A stretch of DNA of 63,642 nt, filler included, from Octopus bimaculoides (GCF_001194135.2; 5 parts of 5 records of this genome joined end to end with filler, not necessarily neighbours in it); one strand, 5' to 3'. Positions 1 through 12,866 are shown, counted from the whole stretch's first letter. The notes: a model not told the origin generated them from the letters alone. Numbers and translations are program-made.

Positions 1-76
1 TGTATATATATACACACACACATTAAAAATAGTAGAAAGAAAGACATGATTAGGAAATAAACTTCTAAACCATATA

Positions 77-291
77 TTCTTTCTTCTCTAGGCACAAGGC
101 CCGAAATTTTAGGGGAGGGGCCTAGTCGGTCAGATCGACCCCACCACGCAACTGGTACTTAATTTATCGACCACGAAAGGATAAAAAGCAAAGTCGACCT
201 CGGCAGAATTTGAACTCAGAACATAAGGAACAGACGAAATACTGCTAAACATTTCGCCCGGTATGCTAACGTTTCTGCCAGCTCGCCGCTT
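77..291 (-). mobile_element. tRNA-derived SINE, family A (near full length)
   Basis: The reverse complement starts GCGGCGAGCTGGCAGAAACGTTAGC (A-box-like) and has B box GAGTTCAAATTC, the central GTCGACTTTGC..CCTTTCGTGGTCGATAAATTAAGTACCAG motif and the tail GGCCTTGTGCCTAGAG. More than 10 copies in the window. Confidence 0.9.
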
Positions 292-1004
292 GAACTACTA
301 AACCATATAGCCTTACCTCTGACCGTGTCTTACTTAAACTTCCAATCGGCTCAGCAATTGAAGAGGAGCGAGGTGTTTCCTGTCTGTAAACAGGAAGTTT
401 GACGTTTGGGACACAAATTTGACAATGTTATTCTTACGAGAAATACAGATTTTGTTACAACGCAGACACCAACGACAGAGAAGACAGAAGTGTCAAGAAC
501 GACAAGAAGCGAATATTAGTAAATATGACTAGTTAATTGGGTTGCAGAAAGAGGTAGAATAAGGGTTGTGTGATTCTCGTAGGAGATGTAATCAGATGTG
601 GGTTCAGGAAAAGTAAAAGTTTGGACGAGAGCGACGGCGATGACAACAAAAGGAATAACTTTAGGAATAGCTTTATTGGGAAAGGTCACTCGGTCAAAGA
701 GATGTAAATTACGACTTCCGGTTTTAGAGTAATGAAAGCGATGTCGGATTAGTTGATATATATATATATATATATATANNNNNNNNNNNNNNNNNNNNNN
801 NNNNNNNNNNNNNNNNNNNNNNNNNNNNNNNNNNNNNNNNNNNNNNNNNNNNNNNNNNNNNNNNNNNNNNNNNNNNNNNNNNNNNNNNNNNNNNNNNNNN
901 NNNNNNNNNNNNNNNNNNNNNNNNNNNNNNNNNNNNNNNNNNNNNNNNNNNNNNNNNNNNNNNNNNNNNNNNNNNNNNNNNNNNNNNNNNNNNNNNNNNN
1001 NNNN

Positions 1005-1043
<39 letters not shown>

Positions 1044-1679
1044 CATATATATACATAATGTTTTGATGAACGAAATGATAGAATGACATCAATGCATGAC
1101 AATGAAGAGTGTTTGCAATCTGTAATGCAAAGAGAGGAGAGAAGGAAACTGTTGGCTAATATATGGAGAATTGTGAAAATATGTATGCCAAGTATCATCA
1201 CCGTCATCATCATTACATTTTAGTCATCACCATCCTCCTTTCCTCCGTCCTTCTCTTACTCTTTGCTTTCCTCCTGCCCCTCCTCATCGTTAAATACTAC
1301 GGAAATTGAGGGGGTCGGCGCCACCCTAGAAGATACGAAGTAGTAACAGGAGCACACATCAACCAAAGTAAGTGAGTGTGCTTGCAGCTCAGCATCAAGA
1401 TCGGTTAGTACACGGCGGCCGTCGCTGAGGATCTAGTTTGGGCTAGCTCTCCAGCTGCATAGAAACTGGAACGAACCTGTGAACAATGTCGCCAGTCTCA
1501 CCTAGAAATGAACTGAAGAGAAGATATTTCTAAAAACACAGACAAATATGGAAAAAGTAAAATTGTCTTCCTATTTTTAATACCTCACATTTGTACTGTG
1601 CTCTAAGTTATCACCTCACAAAATTGAAGCGTCTTCTTTTTCGCTTCTTGTGGAAGAGACGTATTTCGCTAGCCAGAAG

Positions 1680-2625
1680 GTTCTTTTGGTGTTAACATCC
1701 TTTGTATCAAACCTTCGGCGTTGATGATACGCAAGCATGCGCGGCGACTGCGGTGTCGGCAAAGGTTCCTGCCCGATAAGAAGTTGAGGTAGCTGTTTGT
1801 CAGGGATGTTCCTACAACTCGTCTCTTTAAGAGAAAATCAAGCGGAAACCAGGGCTGGATGCATTCCATCTGGGATATTGACAGGCACTATGCCCAACTT
1901 CAAGAAATGTCAGATTTGGCAGTGCTACCGAGGAGCATTATCGACTCAGGATGAAGTCAACAAGCACGGAATTGTCGTCCGCGACGTCTACAAAGTGACA
2001 AGACATTTCTACGCGTATTCGTAAAGTGTCCGAGCAATGCTGACTTAAGGATTTATGCCACGCAGTTGTTGTCATGTGTAGAACGGATTCGGCTGAAACC
2101 TTTCCATTGACTTCTTTTGGATCTGAAGAACAGGTTCCTGTCTTGTAGAAAGGTAAATGAGATTGTATGGCGATTCAAATGAGCGAGGACCTTCACCCAG
2201 CATCTCATCAAACTCCTCGCCCTAACCCCCTACCCAAGTACTACTTGCACAAAATGGTTAGGGTGGGGAAGGAAGTGCTGCCTCTCCACCATATTTACTG
2301 AAAGGTAGTTAAGAGTGGTCGGTATGAGTTGAATAAACGGATTTAATCGATCATTTGCTTCTTAAGTGGAGAATGTAGTCGAGAATTATCTCTTGCTCAC
2401 AGATCCTGGATTATGTAGAAAGAGTTATCCGAGATTTGTGGGGTTCTCCGTTTGACCCCGGTTGTTGTTTTATATTTTGGGCATTTCATTTTTATACAGA
2501 TGCATTTCATGCCTGAATTTTTCATAGTTGCTTCTATGTAAAAACTTCATCGTTTTAGTATTTATCTTTCTAATGACTCTCCCAAAATCATTCTTGTGGC
2601 AAATAAATAAATAAATAAATAGAAT
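1680..2625 (+). mobile_element. Tx1/L1-clade non-LTR retrotransposon, decayed ORF2 3' end and 3' UTR
   Basis: The plus strand gives FKKCQIWQCYRGALSTQDEVNKHG and LLSCVERIRL..EIVWR, the C-terminal (zf-RVT-like) region of L1/Tx1 ORF2. It ends in ttgtggc(aaat)n. Confidence 0.6.
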
Positions 2626-3102
2626 AAACAACAACAATAATAATAATAATAGAGGTAGTGGTAGTTCTAGTAGTTATTCGAATCTGTCGAAACTAGTTTA
2701 TCTTACCAATAGAACACAGCACGCATCGAGGTCGAGATATTCAACCAAACTTATCTGAGGGGCATTTCCAAATTAAACTGATAAACAGCAACAACAACAA
2801 CAGCAATAACGTTAAATATGAATACTTTACCAAGGTCTTCGCTTACGGCGTCTCCATGCATTTCGACCCAGTTAGTATTACTGTAGAATGATTGAAGCAG
2901 ATGGAGTGCCTGGGCAACGTATACTCTCAAGGATGAATACACTGAAGAGTACTTCAAAGATGCAAGCAATGTATTCTTCAAAATCAAAAGTTCTAGGGAA
3001 CCTGAAATTGTAAGAAATAAACATATTAATATATAATTAATGTAAAATACAGTTATTCATAGTTACACTTTGGTATAATTTTTTTCCCATAACAATTTCA
3101 AT

Positions 3103-3265
3103 TTACATCGACCCAAGTGCGTAACTGGTACTTAATTTATCGACCCCGAAAGGATGAAAGGCAAAGTCGACCTCGGCGGAATTTGAACTCAGAACGTAAT
3201 GGCAGACGAAATACCGCTAAGCATTTCGCCCGGCGTGCTAACGATTCTGCCAGCTCGCCGCCTTA
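3103..3265 (-). mobile_element. SINE family A, 3'-truncated copy
   Basis: Matches the head and central domain of the 13926-14141 copy in reverse orientation. Confidence 0.9.
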
Positions 3266-4720
3266 ACGCAGCGCAATTAAGCAACAATGGTGCGTTATAT
3301 TGATATGTAGTGAAAAGGTGTAATGTTGTAGTGAAAAGGTGTAATGTGTAGGAGTGTTGTGAAGCACTATGGACAAGCTCAAAGCATTGCAATAAAATAA
3401 TTTAGTGCTTGGAATGGTCCCAACATTTTCATGCTTCAAAAGTTTGATAGCTTTAAGCATTCACATAAAAGTATTCTAGTATTTCCATACCAGCTGTTCA
3501 GTTCATTTTGTTCATTGGAGTGTCTGACTTCCGTCTGACAACTGTTTGGAGAGATAGGAACATTGCCAAATTTTAGCGTCAAACAGCAAAATATACACGA
3601 ATCTTTACGACCAAAGCGGAAAGCTTGCTTCAATTATTTTAAAAGGTCAAACGGCAACATGGGTCAGTTTTCAATTGGCAATACGCAATTCTGTTATCTT
3701 ATCTACACCGGAAGTGATTACGAGAAGAACAGTTAGCTTTTTAACACACTANNNNNNNNNNNNNNNNNNNNNNNNNNNNNNNNNNNNNNNNNNNNNNNNN
3801 NNNNNNNNNNNNNNNNNNNNNNNNNNNNNNNNNNNNNNNNNNNNNNNNNNNNNNNNNNNNNNNNNNNNNNNNNNNNNNNNNNNNNNNNNNNNNNNNNNNN
3901 NNNNNNNNNNNNNNNNNNNNNNNNNNNNNNNNNNNNNNNNNNNNNNNNNNNNNNNNNNNNNNNNNNNNNNNNNNNNNNNNNNNNNNNNNNNNNNNNNNNN
4001 NNNNNNNNNNNNNNNNNNNNNNNNNNNNNNNNNNNNNNNNNNNNNNNNNNNNNNNNNNNNNNNNNNNNNNNNNNNNNNNNNNNNNNNNNNNNNNNNNNNN
4101 NNNNNNNNNNNNNNNNNNNNNNNNNNNNNNNNNNNNNNNNNNNNNNNNNNNNNNNNNNNNNNNNNNNNNNNNNNNNNNNNNNNNNNNNNNNNNNNNNNNN
4201 NNNNNNNNNNNNNNNNNNNNNNNNNNNNNNNNNNNNNNNNNNNNNNNNNNNNNNNNNNNNNNNNNNNNNNNNNNNNNNNNNNNNNNNNNNNNNNNNNNNN
4301 NNNNNNNNNNNNNNNNNNNNNNNNNNNNNNNNNNNNNNNNNNNNNNNNNNNNNNNNNNNNNNNNNNNNNNNNNNNNNNNNNNNNNNNNNNNNNNNNNNNN
4401 NNNNNNNNNNNNNNNNNNNNNNNNNNNNNNNNNNNNNNNNGATGACATTTTCGGACAACTGCTTATGGTATGAGTGATATCTTAAGTGTGAACTCCACAA
4501 AGTCTCCATCGGTTGTCACATATGACTGCTTTTCCTGCATCTCTATCCCTTTTGTGTATCAGGTATTTGGTTGATATTTCTTGTTCCTGTATTGCAAACG
4601 CAAACCCTTCAAAGTGGGAGGTAGTAATACGGCTACCGGTGCATGATAAACTGCTTTGATGATGTATGTATGCATGTATGTATGTATGTATGTATGTATG
4701 TATGTATGTATGTATGTATG

Positions 4721-5287
4721 TATGAGGGTAATCCCAAAATTAAGGTTTCCAAAAATATTTAGAAATCACAGAAACGTTTATTGTCAATGATGTTTACATC
4801 ATTTTAAAGTTTGAACATTTATCTATTTTTCTACATAATCGCCATTTCGGTCGATGCACTTTTGTAGGCGCTGGGGCAGTTTTTATATGCCCATGTCATA
4901 CCAGCTCACCGCCATGTTGTTGAGGAAGCGTTGAACCTCATCTTTCACCTCGTCGTCGTTGTTGAAGCGCGTTCCGGCCAAATGTTCTTTCAACTTAGGG
5001 AACAGGTGGTACTCACTGGGTGCCAAGTCCGGACTATATGATGAGTTGCCGTTTATGGTCTTCTGTAAGCATTCGTGGGATCCATCTTGCGCACACCTTC
5101 CGATATTGCAACTTTTCACTCAAAACCCTATGAATGGGGCTTCGGGAAATCTCAGGAACCAAAATGCGGAGATCATCTAGAGTGATCCACCGATTTTCAC
5201 GCAGGATTTGCTCAACCTTCGCAACTGTCTCGTCGAAAATTGATGGTTGCTCGCTTCTTTCTTCGTCATGAATTTCAGTACGACCAG
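4721..5287 (-). mobile_element. Mariner transposon, internally deleted, with right terminus
   Basis: TA|TGAGGG terminus at 4721. The minus strand gives RKVCARWIPRMLTEDHKRQ joined directly to YSPDLAPSEYHLFPKLKEHL...KCIDRNGDYVEK*. Confidence 0.9.
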
Positions 5288-6198
5288 NNNNNNNNNNNNN
5301 NNNNNNNNNNNNNNNNNNNNNNNNNNNNNNNNNNNNNNNNNNNNNNNNNNNNNNNNNNNNNNNNNNNNNNNNNNNNNNNNNNNNNNNNNNNNNNNNNNNN
5401 NNNNNNNNNNNNNNNNNNNNNNNNNNNNNNNNNNNNNNNNNNNNNNNNNNNNNNNNNNNNNNNNNNNNNNNNNNNNNNNNNNNNNNNNNNNNNNNNNNNN
5501 NNNNNNNNNNNNNNNNNNNNNNNNNNNNNNNNNNNNNNNNNNNNNNNNNNNNNNNNNNNNNNNNNNNNNNNNNNNNNNNNNNNNNNNNNNNNNNNNNNNN
5601 NNNNNNNNNNNNNNNNNNNNNNNNNNNNNNNNNNNNNNNNNNNNNNNNNNNNNNNNNNNNNNNNNNNNNNNNNNNNNNNNNNNNNNNNNNNNNNNNNNNN
5701 NNNNNNNNNNNNNNNNNNNNNNNNNNNNNNNNNNNNNNNNNNNNNNNNNNNNNNNNNNNNNNNNNNNNNNNNNNNNNNNNNNNNNNNNNNNNNNNNNNNN
5801 NNNNNNNNNNNNNNNNNNNNNNNNNNNNNNNNNNNNNNNNNNNNNNNNNNNNNNNNNNNNNNNNNNNNNNNNNNNNNNNNNNNNNNNNNNNNNNNNNNNN
5901 NNNNNNNNNNNNNNNNNNNNNNNNNNNNNNNNNNNNNNNNNNNNNNNNNNNNNNNNNNNNNNNNNNNNNNNNNNNNNNNNNNNNNNNNNNNNNNNNNNNN
6001 NNNNNNNNNNNNNNNNNNNNNNNNNNNNNNNNNNNNNNNNNNNNNNNNNNNNNNNNNNNNNNNNNNNNNNNNNNNNNNNNNNNNNNNNNNNNNNNNNNNN
6101 NNNNNNNNNNNNNNNNNNNNNNNNNNNNNNNNNNNNNNNNNNNNNNNNNNNNNNNNNNNNNNNNNNNNNNNNNNNNNNNNNNNNNNNNNNNNNNNNNN

Positions 6199-6254
<56 letters not shown>

Positions 6255-6929
6255 TTTTCTTTTAGACTTCTATCAAAAATATAACACAGTTCCACTTTGA
6301 TCATTTTCTGCCTATTTTTTGTTTGAGTTCTTATGTAGTTTGTTTGGGAAAGTAATTCTCCAAATTGTTTATTTTTCTTATTATTATCAGGAAATATCAC
6401 AACACAGAGCTCTAGATTTCTTTTTAATCCCTTTATAGAAACAAAACAAAACAAAACCCTTAAAAACAAAAACAAAAACAACAACCTAAAGTAAAAAAGA
6501 AATCAAAAACTTCGTTTCAAACACTCTGCAAAAACTCGTACACACACATACATACACAGAAACACAGATGCACACTTACGAACACAGACACACACACACA
6601 ACCTCACACACATATACAGCTAACATTACGAACGCAGCGGGGGTAATGAATGTGTATACGGAAATCATATATAGTTTGTTTAGTAAATATATATTCTGCT
6701 TTGCTGTGGAAATATAATCAGCGAATAAACCACCTGAGCTTCGGTAGCTAGGAATGAGGATAGTCTACCTAGTTCTGTCTTTCTTAAGACTCATCAGGTA
6801 TCGCTTACCTCACTTTATTGCTCTGAACATAAATGGTTGTCGGTAAACGTTGTAAAACTGTTCGTTCGTAAGGCTTATTGTTTTTGTAGTAATTAATTAA
6901 TTAATTAATATCATTATTTTATCTTAACT

Positions 6930-7264
6930 TTTATTTTTCACTTGCTTCAGTCATTTGACTGCGGCCATGCTAGGGCATTGCCTCGAAGGGTTTTAATCAA
7001 AGAAATCGACCCTACGACTTATTTTTCTTGAAGCCTAGTACTTATTCTATCGATCTCTTTTGCCAAACCGATAATTTACGGGTACGTAAACGCAGACACC
7101 CCCACCCCATACATATACGATGGGCTTCTTTCTGTTTCCGTCTACCAAATCCACTCACAAGTTTTTGGTCGGCCCGCAGCTATAGTAGAAAACACCTGCT
7201 CATGTGGGATTGAACCCAGGACCATGTGGTTGTGAAACAAGCTTCTTACCACACAGTTACGCCT
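6930..7264 (-). mobile_element. tRNA-derived SINE family C (central microsatellite)
   Basis: Head GGCGTAACTGTGTGGTAAGAAGCTTG..CAACCACATGGTCCTGGGTTCAATCCC and tail GGCCGCAGTCAAATGACTGAA. Confidence 0.85.
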
Positions 7265-8571
7265 TAACAAAGATTTGTTTCCTGTGGACTCGAAACAACC
7301 TTTTGTAAGCGGTGTGAGATACTCAAAAGTACTATCGTTCATAGTATAGGGACAAATAATGTTTACTAATTTGTTTAAATCTTTCGTATTATTGTCCAAA
7401 ATAATGTTTCTAAACTAGTTTAAGTATAAAAATACAAATAAAAAGCTAAAGAAAAAACAAAACGAAAACAATATATTTTGGCCATAAATGTCATCGAGNN
7501 NNNNNNNNNNNNNNNNNNNNNNNNNNNNNNNNNNNNNNNNNNNNNNNNNNNNNNNNNNNNNNNNNNNNNNNNNNNNNNNNNNNNNNNNNNNNNNNNNNNN
7601 NNNNNNNNNNNNNNNNNNNNNNNNNNNNNNNNNNNNNNNNNNNNNNNNNNNNNNNNNNNNNTAAATATACTGTTGCTGGTATGTAATGATGTGTATACTG
7701 TTCATCTCTTATAAACATCTGTTTGTTTGTACTGCAAAGGATAGACGCACACGCACAGAGATGCAAAATAAACGTAAAAAGTAAGCAAAAGAGAAAAAAA
7801 ATTAAGTAATAACAAAAACAAAAGAAAACAAGTGTCCCTGTTGTTTCTTAGCAACAGAGTTCTGTGTGGTCGGAGAAACACCCTTATTAACAGCCTCAAA
7901 TTTAATTATTATTGGAACGAGGCGATGAGATAACTGGCATAAAAACACTGTACCTCCTTTTCCCCCCCTCTCTCTCTCCCTCCCTTGCCCGTTCTCTGTT
8001 CCTCTGTGTTTTCTTCTTGTTCTTCATGGCGACTCTATCTTTTAAATTAGTAGTGCTTTGATAGCAATGACTATTAACGCGTAAGCGTGATTTTAAGGTC
8101 ATGAATTTAGGGAAGACATTGCATTTTGGAAAGTTTTCTTGTTATTAAATTTAAAAAAGATGTACTTAAACCGATAATTGAAAGACAGAAAAGAACTTGT
8201 CTCCGTAAGCAATGATACGATATAAGAAAACCAGACTTTTCCTTCCAGAAGGTTTTGGTAGCAGATTCCACATAAGGTTCTGCTATCTGAACCTAACTGA
8301 CCTTTATCGACTTACTAAGTAATAATTAAATTCGTGTAATCAAAATAATTGAAACAAGAGCGAGCATAAAAGGAATAAAAAACCAAGTGGAAACTCAAGT
8401 ATGTTTAGCACTTTTATCTAAGAGTATGGCGGAAGCTGTAACACGTTGCTCTAAATAACTGCGAGCTAATGAGAAAGCTTCTACGTCGTCGCTTGACCAG
8501 ATAGAAATCTTACTAGAAATTCACCTAAGTCAAGAATTACTGCCTTAAAAATACAGAAGAAAAAAAAATGA

Positions 8572-8708
8572 TGGTATCTGTGTGGTTAAGACGCTCGCTT
8601 TTCAACCACATGGTATCGGGTTCAACCTACTGCGCGGCATATTGGCCAAGTATCTTCTACTATATCGCGAACCGACCAATGCCTGGTAAGTGAATTTGGC
8701 AGATGTGT

Positions 8709-8750
<42 letters not shown>

Positions 8751-8830
8751 TTGGTAGACGTGCATATATATGTATGTATATGTGTTTGTGTGTGGGTATA
8801 TTTTTGTGTTTGTCTCCCCTTAGCTTGACT
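8572..8830 (+). mobile_element. SINE family C, 5' half with (GT)n
   Basis: ctgtgtggttaagacgctcgcttttcaaccacatggtatcgggttcaacc...aagtatcttctactat...gaatttgg. Confidence 0.75.
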
Positions 8831-9029
8831 GCCTCATTTTCTTTTCCTAACACAACTGGTCTAATTTTTTTAAATCTCCTATTAATGTTCCTGTTGTTGT
8901 TTAACCCGAGTCATTTCTCAATGAGCAGATCGATGAAGATGAAAAGTGGTTTTCTAACCCATTTCTAAGTCATCCTTCTCATCAGTATTACATATCTAGA
9001 ATCACAGATTCCCCCTCTTCTGTTAAGAT

Positions 9030-9412
9030 TTGTTGGCACTCCAACGCTTACGACGTCGAGGGTTCCAGTTGATCCGATCAACGGAACAGCCTGCTCGTGA
9101 AATTAACGTGCAAGTGGCTGAGCACTCCACAGACACGTGTACCTTTAACGTAGTTCTCGGGGATATTCAGCGTGACACAGTGTGACAAGGCTGACCCTTT
9201 GAATTACAGGCACAACAGAAACAGGAAGTAAAAGTGAGAGAAAGTTGTGGTGAAAGAGTACAGCAGGGTTCGCCACCATCCCCTGCCGGAGCCTCGTGGA
9301 GCTTTAGGTGTTTTCACTCAATAAACACTCACAACGACCGGTCTGGGAATCGAAACCGCGATCCTATGACCGCGAGTCCGCTGCCCTAACCACTGGTCCA
9401 TTGTGCCTCCAC
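9030..9412 (-). mobile_element. tRNA-derived SINE family B (~380 bp), full length with a 13-bp TSD
   Basis: Head GTGGAGGCACAATGGACCAGTGGTTAGGGCAGCGGACTCGCGG...GGTTTCGATTCCC (A and B boxes) and tail ...GTCGTAAGCGTTGGAGTGCCAACAA. Direct repeat CTTCTGTTAAGAT at 9017-9029 and 9412-9424. Confidence 0.92.
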
Positions 9413-10130
9413 TTCTGTTAAGATAACAGGGTGTAATTTCAGTCAATTTGGCTATTTTCCGTAGACCCAGAACTACATTTTACACTACCATCTGCCCCTT
9501 AGGTATCTTTAGCAGAGTTCACTTTGTTGCAAGTATTCAGGCCATGTATCCTGTCTGAAGCAAACCAGTCCTATCAGTCATGGTTGTCATAATCACTTTC
9601 TTTCACTCTCTGATCACTAGTTTCTGGTCTTTTTAGATCTTCTCTCTCTTTTCACTTAAAGAGAAGTGACAGAAAGAGTAAACGAAAGAAAAAAGTGAGA
9701 GAGATCTACATCTGTGACGGTACAGTGCGCAAGTGATTCAGTTTGTTAGTTACTAACTATTATCAGAGAGTCGGACGGTTTCTTTAGCTGTGATCTTTAC
9801 TTTCTTATTGTGGTCAAAGAATGATATTGAAAGGAAAGGTGGGGTTGTTATGAGAACACTCCTTTTTTTGCCTATTAACGCAAAGTTAATGCTCGCAAGA
9901 CTCTACCGGTTCGCCACTTTCAAATGTGATGTAAGATATGTATTATGACGTCACGTCACCATTGTGTGTCAAGTTTGAATAAATAAATAAATAAATAAAA
10001 TAAAATATATAAATAAAAACAATTTCAGGAAGAAGAATGATAACATTGAGTTGAGGAAAGGTAAGCTCACAGAAAGCTGTTTTCTTTCTAACCGGTTTCG
10101 ATACTATTTTGTAACTATTTGCGCTACTTT

Positions 10131-10207
10131 CTAATTGTTATTAGGGAAAGAATGCACTTCATACACCCGCATTCCCGCTCTCTTACAATACCACCCACGT
10201 CCCTGTT
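10131..10207 (-). CDS. Candidate last coding exon following the 15894-16016 exon
   Basis: Acceptor atatttttttactgcag|AA. In phase 1, matching the upstream exon's trailing G (G|AA=E), it reads EQGRGWYCKRAGMRVYEVHSFPNNN* with TAG at 10131-10133. Confidence 0.4.
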
Positions 10208-10734
10208 CTGCAGTAAAAAAATATATGTTAGTATAACGTCATAAAAAGAGCATATTAAAAAAGGTGGAACAACAGAAATAGAGAAACAAATATAAATAGA
10301 CATGTTAATAAACCACATATGTTAGTTGAGACTGTTGTTCATGGTACTGACTGGTAGTAAAGCAATAATTAAGCGTTCTAATTTGTATCACCACATGTCC
10401 TTCTTGCAGTCATGTTGTCATTGCACTGTACCAGATCAAATGTTAAGGTGAGCATCTGGTAAGCATCTGTTCTGAAGATCTAGATATATATCTCTCTTTT
10501 TAATTCGGGTGGCATGGCAAGTAGGTTATAGCAATAGAATTTGAAATGACGAAACAGTTAGGTTGCAGCAGTGGACCCACAATAAACGCTACTTGTTGGT
10601 TAATTTGACACTTGATCTGGACGTTAACAGTTCTGAAGTACATCGACTCAGTTATCAGAATTAAACTAGAAATGCTAATAATATGCATGGTTTTCGTCTA
10701 GGTCAGCAATTCAAGTTACCAATGAATAGAAAGT

Positions 10735-11535
10735 ATCGTAATACTTTCGCTCGCCAGTGTTACCAGCGTTGGTTAGCATGTATTTGGAGTACTTCGAGAA
10801 CAAATCTAGAAAGTATAACTTTGAATCCTTCAATTATATTAAGCTATCTGGATTAAACCTTTATATTCAGCGGCAAGAGGACCTCCAAGTCCTCTTGCTG
10901 TTGAGATCATATTAAATCACTTCTAACCTCAGTCTAGTTTATACTGGAGAGGAAACTAACAACCAACTGTTATTCCTTAATGTAACGGGTTCAAATAACA
11001 GGTGTCCGAATATCATTTTTTAAAAAACCAATAGTTATTAGGCTCTATTTAAAACAACCATACAAAATTAAGAACGCTCTTGTTAAGCATCTTCAACATT
11101 GAGCAAAAACGACCTACACCAATGTATCAATTTATACAAAAGAAATGAGTCAATTGAAAATTTTTTTCCTGAATAACGAATATCCAGCCCCTCATATAAG
11201 ACGTTTAAACAATCTCAGGCACAAAATAGTAGTTAAGCCAATCTTCTCTGTATATTTATTTACAGCATGTGTTTATCTTTAAAATATCAGAGAACATTCA
11301 GCACATGTAGTTTCAGAATTGTGTTTAAAAGTAGCACCACACTCCACAAGGATTTAACCGATGTCAAACCAACTCAAGAATTGTTAGACCATAAAAAAGA
11401 AAAGAACTGCATCTAATAACATCCATTGCGTCTGCGAAAAATCATATATAGGAGAAACTAGGTGATCCCTAAATATCAGAAGATAGTGCTAACACACGAA
11501 ACTCTCGACCTCTGAGTCATTCTGTAACTTCTGCT
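10735..11535 (+). mobile_element. Penelope-like element remnant (RT C-terminus plus GIY-YIG endonuclease)
   Basis: Piecewise translation gives MYLEYFEN, VYTGEETNNQLLFLNV (FTxExExNxLPFLDV), FFLNNEYP, FRIVFKSSTTL..LTDVKP and IHCVCEKSYIGETR*SLNIR (GIY-YIG). Confidence 0.75.
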
Positions 11536-12387
11536 GATTATATATATATATATATATATATATNNNNNNNNNNNNNNNNNNNNNNNNNNNNNNNNNNNNN
11601 NNNNNNNNNNNNNNNNNNNNNNNNNNNNNNNNNNNNNNNNNNNNNNNNNNNNNNNNNNNNNNNNNNNNNNNNNNNNNNNNNNNNNNNNNNNNNNNNNNNN
11701 NNNNNNNNNNNNNNNNNNNNNNNNNNNNNNNNNNNNNNNNNNNNNNNNNNNNNNNNNNNNNNNNNNNNNNNNNNNNNNNNNNNNNNNNNNNNNNNNNNNN
11801 NNNNNNNNNNNNNNNNNNNNNNNNNNNNNNNNNNNNNNNNNNNNNNNNNNNNNNNNNNNNNNNNNNNNNNNNNNNNNNNNNNNNNNNNNNNNNNNNNNNN
11901 NNNNNNNNNNNNNNNNNNNNNNNNNNNNNNNNNNNNNNNNNNNNNNNNNNNNNNNNNNNNNNNNNNNNNNNNNNNNNNNNNNNNNNNNNNNNNNNNNNNN
12001 NNNNNNNNNNNNNNNNNNNNNNNNNNNNNNNNNNNNNNNNNNNNNNNNNNNNNNNNNNNNNNNNNNNNNNNNNNNNNNNNNNNNNNNNNNNNNNNNNNNN
12101 NNNNNNNNNNNNNNNNNNNNNNNNNNNNNNNNNNNNNNNNNNNNNNNNNNNNNNNNNNNNNNNNNNNNNNNNNNNNNNNNNNNNNNNNNNNNNNNNNNNN
12201 NNNNNNNNNNNNNNNNNNNNNNNNNNNNNNNNNNNNNNNNNNNNNNNNNNNNNNNNNNNNNNNNNNNNNNNNNNNNNNNNNNNNNNNNNNNNNNNNNNNN
12301 NNNNNNNNNNNNNNNNNNNNNNNNNNNNNNNNNNNNNNNNNNNNNNNNNNNNNNNNNNNNNNNNNNNNNNNNNNNNNNNNNNNNNNN

Positions 12388-12432
<45 letters not shown>

Positions 12433-12756
12433 GTCAAGACAATTTGATTCAAATTCCTTGGTACTTTAAGTTTCACAGCGTGATGCTAATCCTTAGCCAT
12501 TGGAAATTTCGTTTGTCCTCTCACTCACTTCCATTTTTCTGTTTGTATCACTCAACCTAAATATAAGAAGAGAGATACATTGATGTACCTGAACGAAATG
12601 GAAAACATGTAGGCGGTGATAGACTGAACATACATGCGAGAAAGAAAATTATGGCGCAATGGAAAGAAATTTGGTGGAAACTTAGAACTATCGATAAAAT
12701 AGTACGTAGAACGCTTGCTAATAAATCCAACTCTAATATTAGTTTCAAAGTTTGGC

Positions 12757-12866
12757 ACAAGGCCAGCAATTTCAGTGGGGGAAGAATCGAATTCACCGAC
12801 CCCAGTGCTCAGCTGGTACTTATTTTATCAACCCCGAAAGGATGAAAGGCAAAATCGACCTTAGCG
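12757..12866 (-). mobile_element. SINE family A, partial (3' half)
   Basis: Contains ctggtacttattttatcaaccccgaaaggatgaaaggcaaaatcgacc. Confidence 0.75.

Noticed and set aside
1669-1869. Minus-strand ORF MECIQPW...
   Set aside because: It is antisense to the Tx1/L1 ORF2 remnant; the meaningful motifs are on the plus strand.
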